From the NCBI GenBank assembly GCA_034666985.1, contig JAXDKS010000012.1, positions 23,714-87,713 on the forward strand: DNA of 64,000 nucleotides, written 5' to 3'. How positions within the stretch are numbered: position 1 is the first letter of the stretch; each line of letters opens with the position of its first letter. Shown here piece by piece: positions 7,886 to 18,600 of the stretch. A program made the position numbers and the translations under genes. Under the pieces are notes generated by a model. The model made no database searches, had not been told where the DNA came from, and saw nothing but the letters and a program-made list of their open reading frames with translations. This DNA is from Acidobacteriota bacterium. GTDB taxonomy: Bacteria > Acidobacteriota > Thermoanaerobaculia > Multivoradales > UBA5704.

Positions 7886-10672
7886 TCAAGGAATAAGGAG
7901 GCGGAAGCTCGCCCAGGCAGCCTTGGGGGACGGATCTTTCTTGCGGCAGGCCAGTTGCGCCCGCCGCAACTGGTGTGGGAGATCCTCCCCTGGCTGCCAG
8001 TGGCGGTACAGCTCGTCCATCAACTCGCTGGCGGAAGAATCGGGGACCAACTGCCTCGCGGCGACGACTTCCTTGGAGCCGGCCAGCAGGAAGGCGTTGG
8101 CGAGGCCGACTCCCTCGCCGGGGGCTTCCTCTGAGGTGCGGCCGGCGTCGCAGGCGGAGAGGACGATCGAAGCGGGCGTGTGGGGGGACAGGGCCAGGAC
8201 GTCGCTCAGCGTCAGGCGGGATTGGTCCGCCAGCGGCAACTCGCTGCTCCAGCCGGCGAAGCCGCCGAAGGTCCCATGGCCGGCATAATGAAAGAAGCTC
8301 GCTCTGGCCAGCGCATCGCTAACCTGCTTGGACTTGGCATCGTTGCCCTTTAAAGACGTCAGTGTCCATGAGCCCGGCCAACGCTTGATGGCGGCGGCCA
8401 CCGTCTCCGCTTCAATGTCGGCCGTACGGAGGTCTCTCGTGGGGTTGGAGACCACGAGGGCTTCGTTCTGGCCGCTCCGGGGTATGGAGGCGAGGCGCAT
8501 CGACAGGTCGAGGCTGTAGGCCACCAGATGGGTCGCGAGCAGTGGCTGACCGTGGGTGAAAGGCAGGGCATGGAAGTCCACAGACCTCAGAGGGCCGTAA
8601 GGTAGGACCTTCACGCTCGTGGCGCTCGCGATGGCTGATTGGAAGGCCAGAGACGGCGTGAGAAGGATCCGCGCGAGTTGATCCAGAGGAGCCGCCGAGA
8701 AGTTCTCGGGAAGCTCGATCCTCTCGACCACGATTCCCCGCTCCGTGGCCGCGAAGGCCGCCCACTGCTTTCCGGGCAAGGGGTGATAGGCCAGGATGAC
8801 CTCGCCGGGCGCTGGGGGGGCGAGCGTTCCCTCGCCGTTGCCGCCGAGAGCATCCAGAGTGCCCAGAGCGCCGTCGAGAGCTTCCTGAGCGCCCTTGAGC
8901 CTCTCGGCCTCCTCTTTCAGAGCGCGCTCTTTCTCGCTGACGGCCAACTGCCAGCGCTTCGCGGCGTCGCTTTCGACGGTCTGGCGAATGGCGTTGTACC
9001 TCGACAAAGATTCAAACCAGGTCTTCTGTTCTGTTTCATCTAAATGGCTCAGGCGGTCGCGGACCGCGAGCTGGCGCAGCAACCGCGAGCGAGACCTGCG
9101 AGCCAGGTCGAAGGCACTTTGCCACTGATCCCCTTCGAGCAGCAGCTTGAGATAAAGGCGGGTCGCTGCCTCCTGATAGGCGAAGAAGGTGTCGCGCCCC
9201 TGATGAACCGGAATGTGTCGGCTCTGCTCTGCGATCTGGCGCTCCGCCTTGGCGAGGGCGTCGATGGCCTCCTGCCGCTGTTTGAGGGCGATGTGAGCGT
9301 TGGCCCTGCCGAGCAGCGCCTGGAGGAGGCCCGCGGGCGACGCGGCGCGCTCAGATCTCTTCTCGAGCTTCTCGTAGAGGCCGCGAGCGAGCTCCGGATG
9401 GCCTTCGTGAAGCGCCGCCCGCGCCGCGAGATCGTCCTGCCAGAGCAGCTCGAGCAGATTCGAATGCTCGGCCAGAGCCTGGGCTCGAGCGAGCTGCCGG
9501 CGCGCCTCGGACCATTGGCCCTGTTGCTGATAAGCCAATGCCAGATTTTGGTGAGCGTTGAGCCGTTGTTCTGACGAGCATCCATTCTGCTCGAATTCGG
9601 CCAAGGCCTGCTGGACGACCGGGACCGGGTTTTCGGCGGTATTGCCTGCCTCGTGCTCCATGAGCTGAAACCAGCCCACATTGGTCCAAAGGGTCCCCAA
9701 CGCGCAACTGGATTTGAGGTCAGGGTCGGCCTGCAGTTTGGCGTACAGCGTGGACGCGTCTTGCAAGCGGCCAAGCTGCTGATATACGAGAGCCAGCATC
9801 TGGCCGGCCTCCCTTTTCAGCTTGGGATTTCCAAACCGCTGCGCGAGATCGATTGTTTCCTGGAGCCGCTTCAGAGCTACGGCGTAGTTGCTGGTCTTCT
9901 GAGCCAGTACGCCCTGGTAGAAGGTCACATTGAACCTGTCGTCGGCCGGCGCTTTCGGAGGGGGCCGGAGCGTCTGGAGAATCTGTCCCGCATCGGCGAA
10001 GCTCCCCTGTTCAATGTAGATTCCTGCGAGCCAGGTTGCTTGCTTGGCTACGCCGCTCCAGCGGTTCTCGCTGCGATTCGCGGAGATTCCTTGATTCAGG
10101 TACAGCTCCTCCTTTTCTCTGTCTCCGGCGAGGTGGGCCAGAATGGCGAGCCGCGACAAGGTGAAGCTCTGCTCTTTGCGTGGAGCCGATCTCTGGATTT
10201 GCTCCAACAGGCTCAGGGCCTCGACTCTCTTGCCGGAGCTGATCAGCTTTTGGACCTCGTCCCACCAGGACGGCTGCTCAGGCTCGGCCAGACGAAGGAA
10301 CCAGCTCGGGCCGGGGCTGCCGTCCGGCGAGAAGGCCTCGACCGTCAGCCGGTCGGCCGGCTTGGGAATGGAGAGCAGGTAGCGTCTGCCGCCGCTCACC
10401 TTCTCTTCTTTCTTTGGCTCCAGGAGCCCCCCGCCGGCGCGGAGCTCCACTTTCCGATCCGGGGGAGTGGTCCTCACCCAGAGGGTGAGCTGGCGCTCGG
10501 GAACGAGGGAGCAGACCTGGTCCGGCAGATAGAAGGCCCAGCATCCGGCATACTCGACTTCCAGGACCGGTGGGGCAGGAGCCGGTTTGCCACAAGCCAC
10601 GAGGAGCCCGGCGAGCGCCCCCAGGCAGAGAGACGCGCGAAGGAGAAGGCCCTGGGCTGGGCTCAGGGTCAT
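7886..10672 (-). CDS. lipoprotein with TPR repeats and C-terminal CHAT (caspase-like His/Cys) domain
   Basis: Lipobox LVAC. Multiple TPR-like helical repeats. The C-terminus has HYAGHG...LSACDAG, a His-Cys dyad typical of CHAT. Start ATGA overlaps the anti-sigma stop. Confidence 0.75.
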   Translation of the reverse strand: MTLSPAQGLLLRASLCLGALAGLLVACGKPAPAPPVLEVEYAGCWAFYLPDQVCSLVPERQLTLWVRTTPPDRKVELRAGGGLLEPKKEEKVSGGRRYLLSIPKPADRLTVEAFSPDGSPGPSWFLRLAEPEQPSWWDEVQKLISSGKRVEALSLLEQIQRSAPRKEQSFTLSRLAILAHLAGDREKEELYLNQGISANRSENRWSGVAKQATWLAGIYIEQGSFADAGQILQTLRPPPKAPADDRFNVTFYQGVLAQKTSNYAVALKRLQETIDLAQRFGNPKLKREAGQMLALVYQQLGRLQDASTLYAKLQADPDLKSSCALGTLWTNVGWFQLMEHEAGNTAENPVPVVQQALAEFEQNGCSSEQRLNAHQNLALAYQQQGQWSEARRQLARAQALAEHSNLLELLWQDDLAARAALHEGHPELARGLYEKLEKRSERAASPAGLLQALLGRANAHIALKQRQEAIDALAKAERQIAEQSRHIPVHQGRDTFFAYQEAATRLYLKLLLEGDQWQSAFDLARRSRSRLLRQLAVRDRLSHLDETEQKTWFESLSRYNAIRQTVESDAAKRWQLAVSEKERALKEEAERLKGAQEALDGALGTLDALGGNGEGTLAPPAPGEVILAYHPLPGKQWAAFAATERGIVVERIELPENFSAAPLDQLARILLTPSLAFQSAIASATSVKVLPYGPLRSVDFHALPFTHGQPLLATHLVAYSLDLSMRLASIPRSGQNEALVVSNPTRDLRTADIEAETVAAAIKRWPGSWTLTSLKGNDAKSKQVSDALARASFFHYAGHGTFGGFAGWSSELPLADQSRLTLSDVLALSPHTPASIVLSACDAGRTSEEAPGEGVGLANAFLLAGSKEVVAARQLVPDSSASELMDELYRHWQPGEDLPHQLRRAQLACRKKDPSPKAAWASFRLLIP

Positions 10673-11562
10673 GGGGCGGCCGGCTGACCCTCGGCGCGAA
10701 AGTCCACGCAGGCCACCTGCCAGGGGCCAGGAGATGGTTTCTCCTGCTTGAGAGCATCGCAGAGGGTCTGCCAGGATTCGTTTTGGGGGCGGTTGGCCCG
10801 CAGCCGCGTCTGGACCTCCTTGGCCTCTGGAAGGCTGTTCCGGGCGACGACGGTCCAGAAGATCCAGTCTCCCGGCGGAACCTTGAGGTCGTCCTCACCC
10901 ATCGTGGCGGTGAGGCGGACACTGCCGGTTTTTCCGGGTTCAAACTTGTCTTCCAGTCCCAAAGGCCTCAAATCCTCCCAGCCGGCGCTGGGGCTGAGGA
11001 AAGCTCTCGCCTTGACTGCTCCGGGGTGCTCGAGGGGTTGCTTCGGATTGATCTCCAGGATGAAAGGCGAGCCAGAGGCAAAGATCCGCTTCTCGTTCGG
11101 CGTCGCGGCCTCGCTCCCTCGGTTCGTCTTGAAGCCGCCGTCCAGACTGGCCTCATAGCTGGGTAGCGGCAGCGCCGGCCCCCGCACCAGAAAGAACACC
11201 CCCGCCGCCACCACCGCCGCGGCTCCAATCCAGACCTCCATCCTGCGGGTTACCCGTCGAAAGGGCAGCACGCGGGGCCTCTCCTCCCGAGGCTCGGGGG
11301 CTGGCGCCTCGCTCGTCCGCTCCGCGTTGATCGCGTTCACCACCCGCGCCTGGAAGTCGGCGCCGAGAGGACGGAACGCCTCATAGGCTTCCCGGGCTTC
11401 GGGAGAGGATTCGGCGAGGGCCTTCAGCTCTGTTTCTTCCTCAGCGGTCAAGGTTCCGGCCGCCAGGCGATCCCAGCGCTCGTCGAGGCGGGCCTTCTCG
11501 GTCTCCTCTTCGCGCCGCGCCAGATCCGCCAGCTCTTTCAAAAGTAGATCATCCATATTCAT
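10669..11562 (-). CDS. anti-sigma factor (single-pass membrane protein)
   Basis: The gene sits immediately downstream of the ECF sigma with a 6-bp gap. It has a charged N-terminal domain, one TM helix (WIGAAAVVAAGVFFLV) and a periplasmic domain. Confidence 0.55.
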   Translation of the reverse strand: MNMDDLLLKELADLARREEETEKARLDERWDRLAAGTLTAEEETELKALAESSPEAREAYEAFRPLGADFQARVVNAINAERTSEAPAPEPREERPRVLPFRRVTRRMEVWIGAAAVVAAGVFFLVRGPALPLPSYEASLDGGFKTNRGSEAATPNEKRIFASGSPFILEINPKQPLEHPGAVKARAFLSPSAGWEDLRPLGLEDKFEPGKTGSVRLTATMGEDDLKVPPGDWIFWTVVARNSLPEAKEVQTRLRANRPQNESWQTLCDALKQEKPSPGPWQVACVDFRAEGQPAAP

Positions 11563-11568
11563 CCCCCT

Positions 11569-12207
11569 CTATGTCTTTCGCACCGGCGCCCGGTTTCCTG
11601 ACATCTCGGCCAGCAGCTTCTGGGCCACACGGCGGAGACGGCTGCGCCAGGCATAGACCGCATCGGCGGAGAGGCCGCTCGCCGCTTGGACCTCCGTCTG
11701 CGACAGTTCCTGGACGAAGAGGAGCTGGAACAGACGCCGGCCCAGGGGGCTCAGCTCTTCGCGCAGACGGTCGAGAAGGAGGGAGAGGTGCTCGCGGCTG
11801 GCGGTGACTTCCTCCGGATCGCTGTCCGGGGCCGCCTTGTCGAGCTCGTCTTCGGCAAAGGCGGAGTCCTCCTTCCAGGGATTCCGCCGGCCGCTACGGA
11901 GGAAGGAGAGCACTTGGCGCTCCGCCACCAAGCCCACGAAGTTTTCGAGCGAGAGGCCCCGCTCGGATTGCCAGGAGCGCAGGATGTGGCCGTCCCGGGT
12001 GAAGAGCGCCAGGAAGACTTCCTGGCTCTGATCCTCCACCTCCTGGCGCAGGTCGCGCCCGCTGGCGAGGAGGGAGCGGCGGGCGAGGAGCGTCCGCGCT
12101 ACGCGGGCCTGGATCACGGGCGTCAGCACGGCCACCAGCCGGCTCAGGGCGGTCTGATCTCCGTCCAGGGCTCGCCATACCAGACCGGCGGTGTCCTCAG
12201 CATTCAT
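11569..12207 (-). CDS. ECF (sigma-70 family, group IV) RNA polymerase sigma factor
   Basis: Region 2 and region 4 helices (...LSQTEVQAASGLSADAVYAWRSRLRRVAQKL). Size 212 aa. Position upstream of the anti-sigma gene. Confidence 0.75.
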   Translation of the reverse strand: MNAEDTAGLVWRALDGDQTALSRLVAVLTPVIQARVARTLLARRSLLASGRDLRQEVEDQSQEVFLALFTRDGHILRSWQSERGLSLENFVGLVAERQVLSFLRSGRRNPWKEDSAFAEDELDKAAPDSDPEEVTASREHLSLLLDRLREELSPLGRRLFQLLFVQELSQTEVQAASGLSADAVYAWRSRLRRVAQKLLAEMSGNRAPVRKT

Positions 12208-12333
12208 GGTTTGCAGCAGCGAAGGATGTCTCCTGATTACTTGAGTATAGAACAGAAGCGAAGCGTCCGGCGGCGCGGGAACTTCGGGCGGTACAGCGCT
12301 GATATCCTACCGGACCTGTCAGAGGGAGAATCT

Positions 12334-13824
12334 GTGACAGAAGTCCCCGAGATCCGCATCCGCGCCTGCAACCAGGGGGAGGTCCGCCCGGACGGCGGCT
12401 ATGTCCTCTATTGGATGACCGCTTTCCGTCGGCTGGGGTGGAACTTTGCCCTGGAGCATGCCGCCGGCTGGGCGCGGAAGCTGGGCCGGCCGCTGGTGAT
12501 CCTGGAGCCCCTGCGCTGCGGCTATCGCTGGGCGAGCGACCGCCACCACCGCTTCGTGCTCGACGGCATGGCGATCCACGCGGCGCGGCTGGCGGGCTCG
12601 GAGGTCCTCTACTACCCCTACGTGGAGCCCAGGGCCGGAGCGGGGAAGGGGCTGGTCGAGGCGCTGGGAAAGCAGGCCTGCGTGGTGGTGGCGGACGACG
12701 CGCCGGTCTTCTTCCTGCCCCGCCTGCTCGCCGCTGTGGCTCCGCGCCTTCGGGTGTTGCTGGAGGCGGTGGACTCGAACGGCCTTCTCCCTCTGCGGGC
12801 CGCGGACCGTGAATTCACGGCCGCCTACCACTTCCGGCGCTTCCTCCAGAGGACGCTCCCCGAGCATCTCGCCCACTTCCCGGAGGAGGACCCCCTGGCC
12901 GAGCCCCTGCCGCCGCGCCTCGCGGGTCTGCCGCGGGAGATCGCCCGCCGGTGGCCGGCCGCCGATCCGGAGTGGCTGCGCAACGGGAGCCTCGCGGCGC
13001 TGCCCATCGATCATGAGGTTCCGGCCGCGGCGGGGATCGAAGGAGGGGACGAGGCGGCGGAGCGCGTTCTCGATCGCTTTCTGGACGAGCGGCTGTCGCG
13101 CTACGGCGAGGGGCGGAATGATCCCGGCAGGCCCGGCGAGGAGGTGACGAGCGGCCTCTCTCCCTATCTCCACTTCGGCCAGGTCTCCATCCATCAGATC
13201 TTCGCCGCGCTGGCCGCTCGCGAGCGCTGGAGTCCGGAGCGGCTGGCCCGGACCACCCGCGGCGCCCGCGATGGCTGGTGGGGGATGGGGCCGGCGGCGG
13301 AGAAGTTCCTTGACGAGGCCGTCACCTGGCGCGAGATCGGCTACAACCTGGCCTCCCGGCGTGGAGACGCGGAGCGCTTCGACTCGCTCCCCGACTGGGC
13401 GCGGGCGACGCTGGCGAAGCATGAGGCGGATCCGCGGGCGTATCTCTACTCCCGGGAAGAGTGGGAGGCCGGGGCCACGCACGACGAGCTGTGGAATGCC
13501 GCCCAGGGACAGCTCCGGGAAGAGGGGCGCATCCACAACTACCTGCGGATGCTGTGGGGGAAGAAGGTGCTGGAGTGGTCGGCGAGCCCGCTGGAGGCGC
13601 TGGAGACCCTGGTGGAGCTCAACAACCGCTGGGCCCTGGACGGCCGCGACCCCAACTCCTACAGCGGCATCTTCTGGTGCTTCGGCCGCTACGACAGGCC
13701 ATGGGCGCCGGAGCGGCCGGTGTTCGGCACCGTGAGATATATGAGCAGCGAGAGCACGCGCCGGAAATTCAAGGTGGACGCCTACGTGGCCCGGTATGCT
13801 TCAGCACAGATGTCTCTTCCCTAG
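12334..13824 (+). CDS. phr: class II CPD deoxyribodipyrimidine photolyase
   Basis: RNDPGRPGEEVTSGLSPYLHFGQVS, HNYLRMLWGKKVLEW and WALDGRDPNSYSGIFWCFGRYDRPW are class II photolyase signatures. The N-terminal EIRIR...VLYWM matches the archaeal/bacterial class II N-terminus. I chose GTG at 12334 with a GAGGGAG SD; the alternative ATG at 12226 leaves only 18 bp to the divergent sigma gene. Confidence 0.8.
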   Translation: MTEVPEIRIRACNQGEVRPDGGYVLYWMTAFRRLGWNFALEHAAGWARKLGRPLVILEPLRCGYRWASDRHHRFVLDGMAIHAARLAGSEVLYYPYVEPRAGAGKGLVEALGKQACVVVADDAPVFFLPRLLAAVAPRLRVLLEAVDSNGLLPLRAADREFTAAYHFRRFLQRTLPEHLAHFPEEDPLAEPLPPRLAGLPREIARRWPAADPEWLRNGSLAALPIDHEVPAAAGIEGGDEAAERVLDRFLDERLSRYGEGRNDPGRPGEEVTSGLSPYLHFGQVSIHQIFAALAARERWSPERLARTTRGARDGWWGMGPAAEKFLDEAVTWREIGYNLASRRGDAERFDSLPDWARATLAKHEADPRAYLYSREEWEAGATHDELWNAAQGQLREEGRIHNYLRMLWGKKVLEWSASPLEALETLVELNNRWALDGRDPNSYSGIFWCFGRYDRPWAPERPVFGTVRYMSSESTRRKFKVDAYVARYASAQMSLP

Positions 13825-13840
13825 AAGGACGAGGACCGCC

Positions 13841-14749
13841 ATGCGATCGATCGTGGGACTGCTACCCGTCTGTCTGCTTCTCCTGGGTTGCGCTTCGGCG
13901 GGAGAGCCGGGCAACCTGGCCGGCCGGCTGCAGCCGTTCCTGCAGCGCCAGGACGTGGACATCGCCATCGCCTACCGCAACCTGGGCACCGGCGCCGTCT
14001 ACTTCCACCATGAGGACGTGCCCTTCCACGCCGCCAGCACCATGAAGCTGCCGGTGATGATGGCTCTCTTTCAAGCCGTCGACGCCGGCGAGATGCGGTT
14101 GAGCGAGCCCTTCGCCGTGCGCAACCAGTTCCAGAGCCTCGTGGACGGCTCGCCGTTCGCCCTCGATCCCAAGGAGGACGGCGATGCCGATTTCTATCAG
14201 GCGGTGGGGAGCACCCGGCCGCTGGAGGAGCTGATCCGGCGGATGATCGTCCGCAGCTCGAACCTCGCCACCAATCTCCTCATCGAGCGCATCGGCGCCT
14301 CGCGGGCCACGGACCTGATGAGGGGCCTGGGGGCCTACCGGATGAAGGTGCTGCGCGGCGTGGAGGACGAGAAGGCTTTCAAGGCGGGGCTCAACAACAT
14401 GGCCACGGCCAAGGATCTGGAGATCCTGCTCACCGCGCTCGCCCGCGGCGGCACGTTCTCTCAAGGCTCGAACGACCGGATGATCGAGATCCTCAAGGAG
14501 CAGGAGTTCAACGAGAAGATCCCCGCCTATCTGCCCAAGGGGACGCCGATCGCTCACAAGACGGGGGACATCACGGGCATCCACCACGACGCGGCGATCG
14601 TCTTTCCGCCGGGAGAGCCGCCCTACGTGCTGGTGGTGCTCACCCGCGGCTTCCAGGATGAGAAGCAGGCCAACCAGATCATCGCCGAGATCTCGCGGAC
14701 GGTGTGGGAGCGGCGGGGGGAAAGGGTTTCGGCGGGAGCGCAGCCATGA
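13841..14749 (+). CDS. class A beta-lactamase-like serine hydrolase (lipoprotein)
   Basis: STMK (SxxK), SSN (SDN-like) and KTG motifs. Signal/lipobox LLLGCASA. Confidence 0.75.
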   Translation: MRSIVGLLPVCLLLLGCASAGEPGNLAGRLQPFLQRQDVDIAIAYRNLGTGAVYFHHEDVPFHAASTMKLPVMMALFQAVDAGEMRLSEPFAVRNQFQSLVDGSPFALDPKEDGDADFYQAVGSTRPLEELIRRMIVRSSNLATNLLIERIGASRATDLMRGLGAYRMKVLRGVEDEKAFKAGLNNMATAKDLEILLTALARGGTFSQGSNDRMIEILKEQEFNEKIPAYLPKGTPIAHKTGDITGIHHDAAIVFPPGEPPYVLVVLTRGFQDEKQANQIIAEISRTVWERRGERVSAGAQP

Positions 14750-16146
14750 TGGATCTCTTGAAACGCACCGCGGATCTCGCCCAGGAGTTCCTCGACGGCC
14801 TGCCGGAGAGGCGGGTGGGGCCGGCCGTGCCGGTCGAGGAGCTGCGGGCGGCCCTGGGCGGATCGCTGCCGGAGCGGGGGGAGGATGCACTCCGAGTCAT
14901 GGAGCACCTGGCGCGGGCCGCGGATCCGGGGCTGGTGGGGATGGCCGGCCCCCGCTACTTCGGCTTCGTCATCGGCGGCCACGTGCCGGCCTCGCTGGCC
15001 GCGGACTGGCTCACCTCGACGTGGGACCAGAACGCCACCCTCTACGTGACCTCGCCCGCCAACTCGGTGGTGGAGGAGGTGGCGGCCGGCTGGGTGCTGG
15101 AGCTCCTGGGGCTCCCGGCCACGGCCAGCGTGGGCTTCACCACCGGCTGCTCCATGGCCAACTTCACGGCCTTGGCCGCGGCCCGCCACGCCGTCCTTGC
15201 CCGCGCGGGCTGGGACGTGGAGGCGCAGGGCCTCTTCGGCGCGCCGGAGATCGAGGTGGTGATCGGCGAGGAGGCCCACGCCACCATCCTCTCCGCCTTG
15301 CAGATGCTGGGTCTGGGGAGGGAGCGAGTGAAGCGGGTGGCCATGGACTCCCAGGGCCGGATGGTGCCGGAGGCGCTGCGCGACGTCCTGGCCGGAGGCT
15401 CGGGGCCGCTCATCGTCTGCGCCCAGGCAGGCAACGTCAACACCGGCTCCTTCGATCCGCTGGAAGCCATCATCCCACTGGTGCGCGAGCGCGGCGGCTG
15501 GCTCCATGTGGATGGCGCCTTTGGACTGTGGGCCGGAGCCGTGCCCTCTCTCGCTCATCTCGTGCGTGGCGCCGACCAGGCGGACTCCTGGGCCACGGAT
15601 GCCCACAAGTGGCTCAACGTGCCCTACGACTCGGGGATCGTCATCGTGGCCCATCCCGAGCCTCACCGCGCGGCGATGACCATTTCCGCCGCCTACCTGG
15701 CCCAGACCGAAGGGCGCGAGCGCGATCCCTTCGACTGGGTGCCGGAGTTCTCGCGCCGGGCCCGGGGCTTCACCGTCTGGGCGGCCCTGCGATCGCTCGG
15801 ACGGGATGGCGTCAAGGAGCTGGTGGAGCGCTGCTGCGCCCTGGCCCGGCGGTTCGCAAAGAGGCTGGGGAGCGAGCCGGGGGTCGAGATCCTCAACGAC
15901 GTGGTGCTCAATCAGGTCCTCGTCCGCTTCTCCTCTCCAAGCGGAGACGCCGGCGCCCTGACGCGAGACGCCTTGACCCGAGACATCATCGCCCGGGTCC
16001 AGGCGGGCGGCACCTGCTGGCTGGGGGGCACCACCTGGCACGGCAAGGCGGCGATGCGGATCTCGGTCTCCAACTGGTCGACGACGGAGGCGGACGTGGA
16101 CGCTTCGGCGGCGGCCATCCTGCGGTGCTTCCGGGCCGCGTGCTAG
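14746..16146 (+). CDS. PLP-dependent group II decarboxylase / aminotransferase-fold enzyme
   Basis: DAHKW is the PLP-Lys motif. About 466 aa. ATGA overlap with the upstream stop. Confidence 0.7.
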   Translation: MMDLLKRTADLAQEFLDGLPERRVGPAVPVEELRAALGGSLPERGEDALRVMEHLARAADPGLVGMAGPRYFGFVIGGHVPASLAADWLTSTWDQNATLYVTSPANSVVEEVAAGWVLELLGLPATASVGFTTGCSMANFTALAAARHAVLARAGWDVEAQGLFGAPEIEVVIGEEAHATILSALQMLGLGRERVKRVAMDSQGRMVPEALRDVLAGGSGPLIVCAQAGNVNTGSFDPLEAIIPLVRERGGWLHVDGAFGLWAGAVPSLAHLVRGADQADSWATDAHKWLNVPYDSGIVIVAHPEPHRAAMTISAAYLAQTEGRERDPFDWVPEFSRRARGFTVWAALRSLGRDGVKELVERCCALARRFAKRLGSEPGVEILNDVVLNQVLVRFSSPSGDAGALTRDALTRDIIARVQAGGTCWLGGTTWHGKAAMRISVSNWSTTEADVDASAAAILRCFRAAC

Positions 16147-16170
16147 CATTCTCCTCCCTGGAGGCTTGCG

Positions 16171-18598
16171 CATGACTTCTTCTCTCATGGATCGGGACGC
16201 TTCGCTCCTTCCCGCCGCGCTCACGAAGGAGAGCGTGCTGCGCGATTACCGGATCGCCTTCCAGAGCCGGCATGCGAGCCTCATCGGCCGGCGGGAGGTG
16301 ATCACCGGCAAGGCCAAGTTCGGCATCTTCGGCGACGGCAAGGAGGTGGCCCAGGTGGCCCTCGCCCGCGCCTTCCGTCCCGGCGACTTCCGCTCCGGCT
16401 ACTACCGCGACCAGACGCTGATGATGGCCCTCGGCCTGCTCACGGTCGAGCAGTTCTTTGCCCAGCTCTACGCCGACGCCGACGTCGAGCGCGAGCCCTG
16501 CTCCGCCGGCCGCTCGATGACCGCCCACTTCGCGACCTGCCTGCTGGAGCCGGACGGCAGCTTCAAGAATCTGGCCGACCGCGTGAACGTGGCCTCCGAC
16601 GTCTCGCCCACCGGCTCGCAGATGCCGCGCCTCGTCGGCCTCGCCTATGCCTCGAAGCTCTACCGCGAGCTGCCGGAGCTCGAAGAAGTGGCCGCGCGGT
16701 TCTCCCGCCACGGCGACGAGGTGGCCTTCGGCACCATCGGCAACGCGAGCTGCGCCGAGGGGATGTTCTGGGAGGCGGTCAACGCCGTGGGCGTGCTCCA
16801 GGCGCCCATGCTGCTCTCCATCTGGGACGACGGCTACGGCATCTCGGTGCCCAACGAGTACCAGATCACCAAGGGCGACCTCTCGGCCATCCTCTCGGGC
16901 TTCCGCCGGGAGCCGGGGAGCCGCCAGGGCTACGATCTCTATACCGTCTCGGGATGGGACTACGCCGGCCTCTGCGAGACCTATCTCTCGGCCGTGCAGA
17001 TCGTCCGCCGCGAGCACGTGCCGGCGATCGTCCACGTGATCGAAATGACCCAGCCCCAGGGGCACTCCACCTCCGGCAGCCACGAGCGCTACAAGTCCCG
17101 GGAGCGCCTGGACTGGGAGGTGGAATTCGATCCCATCCGCAAGATGCGGCAGTGGCTGATCGAGCAGGGGATCGCGACCGTCCAGGAGCTTGACGCCGTG
17201 GAAGAGGAAGACCTGCGCTTCGTGCGCGAGGCCCAGCGCCGGGCGTGGGACCAGCTCCGGGCTCCCATCGAGGCGGAGAAGCGGACGGCCCTGGCTCTCC
17301 TCGACGAGCTCGCCCGCGAGTCAGCGCGGGGCGAGGAGGTCCGGAAGATCCGTCAGGAGCTGGAGAAGCAGCCGGCGGCCCTGCGCCGCGACGTCCTTTC
17401 CGCCGTGCACAGCGCCCTGGTGGCCACGGCCGGGGAGGACCTGCCCGCCGCGCGCCGGCTGGTCGAGTGGAAACGGGAGATCGTCCGGGAGAATGAGGAC
17501 CGCTACAGCTCTCACCTCTACAGCGAGGGTCCACGCGCCGCCGTCAACATCCCGCCGGTGCCGGCCGAGTACCGGGACGACTCGCCCCTCCTCAACGGCT
17601 TCGAGGTGGTCAACGCCTGCTTCGACGCCGCCCTGGGCCGCAATCCCAACGTCATCGCCATCGGCGAGGACGTGGGCAGGATCGGCGACGTCAACCAGGG
17701 CTTCGCCGGCCTCCAGGCCAAGTACGGCCCGCTGCGGGTGACGGACACGGGCATCCGTGAGACGACCATCATGGGGCAGGCCATCGGCATGGCCCTGCGC
17801 GGCCTGCGCCCCATCGCCGAGATCCAGTATCTGGACTACATCCTCTATGGATTGCAGATCCTGTCGGACGATGTGGCCACCCTGCACTGGCGCACCAAGG
17901 GGCTGCAGAAGGCGCCGATCATCGTCCGCACCCGTGGCCACCGCCTGGAGGGGATCTGGCACTCAGGCTCGCCCATGGCGGGGATCCTCAATCTGGTGCG
18001 GGGGATGTACGTATGCGTGCCGCGCAACATGACCCAGGCGGCGGGCTTCTACAACACCCTGCTGGAGGGCGACGACCCCGCGATCGTGGTGGAGGTGCTC
18101 AACGGCTACCGGCAGAAGGAGAAGCTGCCGGCCAACATCGGCGAGCTCAAGGTGCCGCTGGGCGTGCCCGAGGTGCTGCGCTTGGGGGACGACGTCACGG
18201 TGGTGACCTACGGCGCCAACTGCCGCATCGCTATGGAGGCGGCGGACAAGCTCGCCCAGGTGGGGATCGACGTCGAGATCGTCGACGTCCAGACCCTGCT
18301 GCCGTTCGACCTCCACGGCCGGATCGTGGAGTCGGTGAAGAAGACCAATCGCGTCCTCTTCCTGGACGAGGACGTGCCCGGCGGCGCCACGGCCTACATG
18401 CTCCAGGAGGTGGTGGAGAAGCAGGGCGGCTTCGCCTGGCTCGACTCCGCCCCGAGGACCCTCACCGGCAAGGCCCACCGGCCGTCCTACGGCTCGGACG
18501 GCGACTACTTCTCCAAGCCCAGCCGGGAGTCCATCTTCGAGGCGGTCTACGACATGATGCACGAGGCCGACCCGGGGTTCCCGGTTTTCTATCGGTAG
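16171..18598 (+). CDS. fused alpha/beta E1 component of 2-oxo acid (branched-chain keto acid) dehydrogenase, TPP-dependent
   Basis: The N-terminal half resembles E1-alpha (TPP-binding). The C-terminal half resembles E1-beta (transketolase-like, ...[16 protein letters not shown]...[10 protein letters not shown]). An 809-aa fusion. Confidence 0.75.
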
Positions 18599-18600
18599 GC

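Noticed and set aside
11686-13824. 712-aa reading of the photolyase ORF starting at 11686
   Set aside because: The first ~215 codons are antisense to the ECF sigma gene. The photolyase homology begins at ...EIRIR..VLYWM, just after a GTG at 12334 with a GAGGGAG SD.
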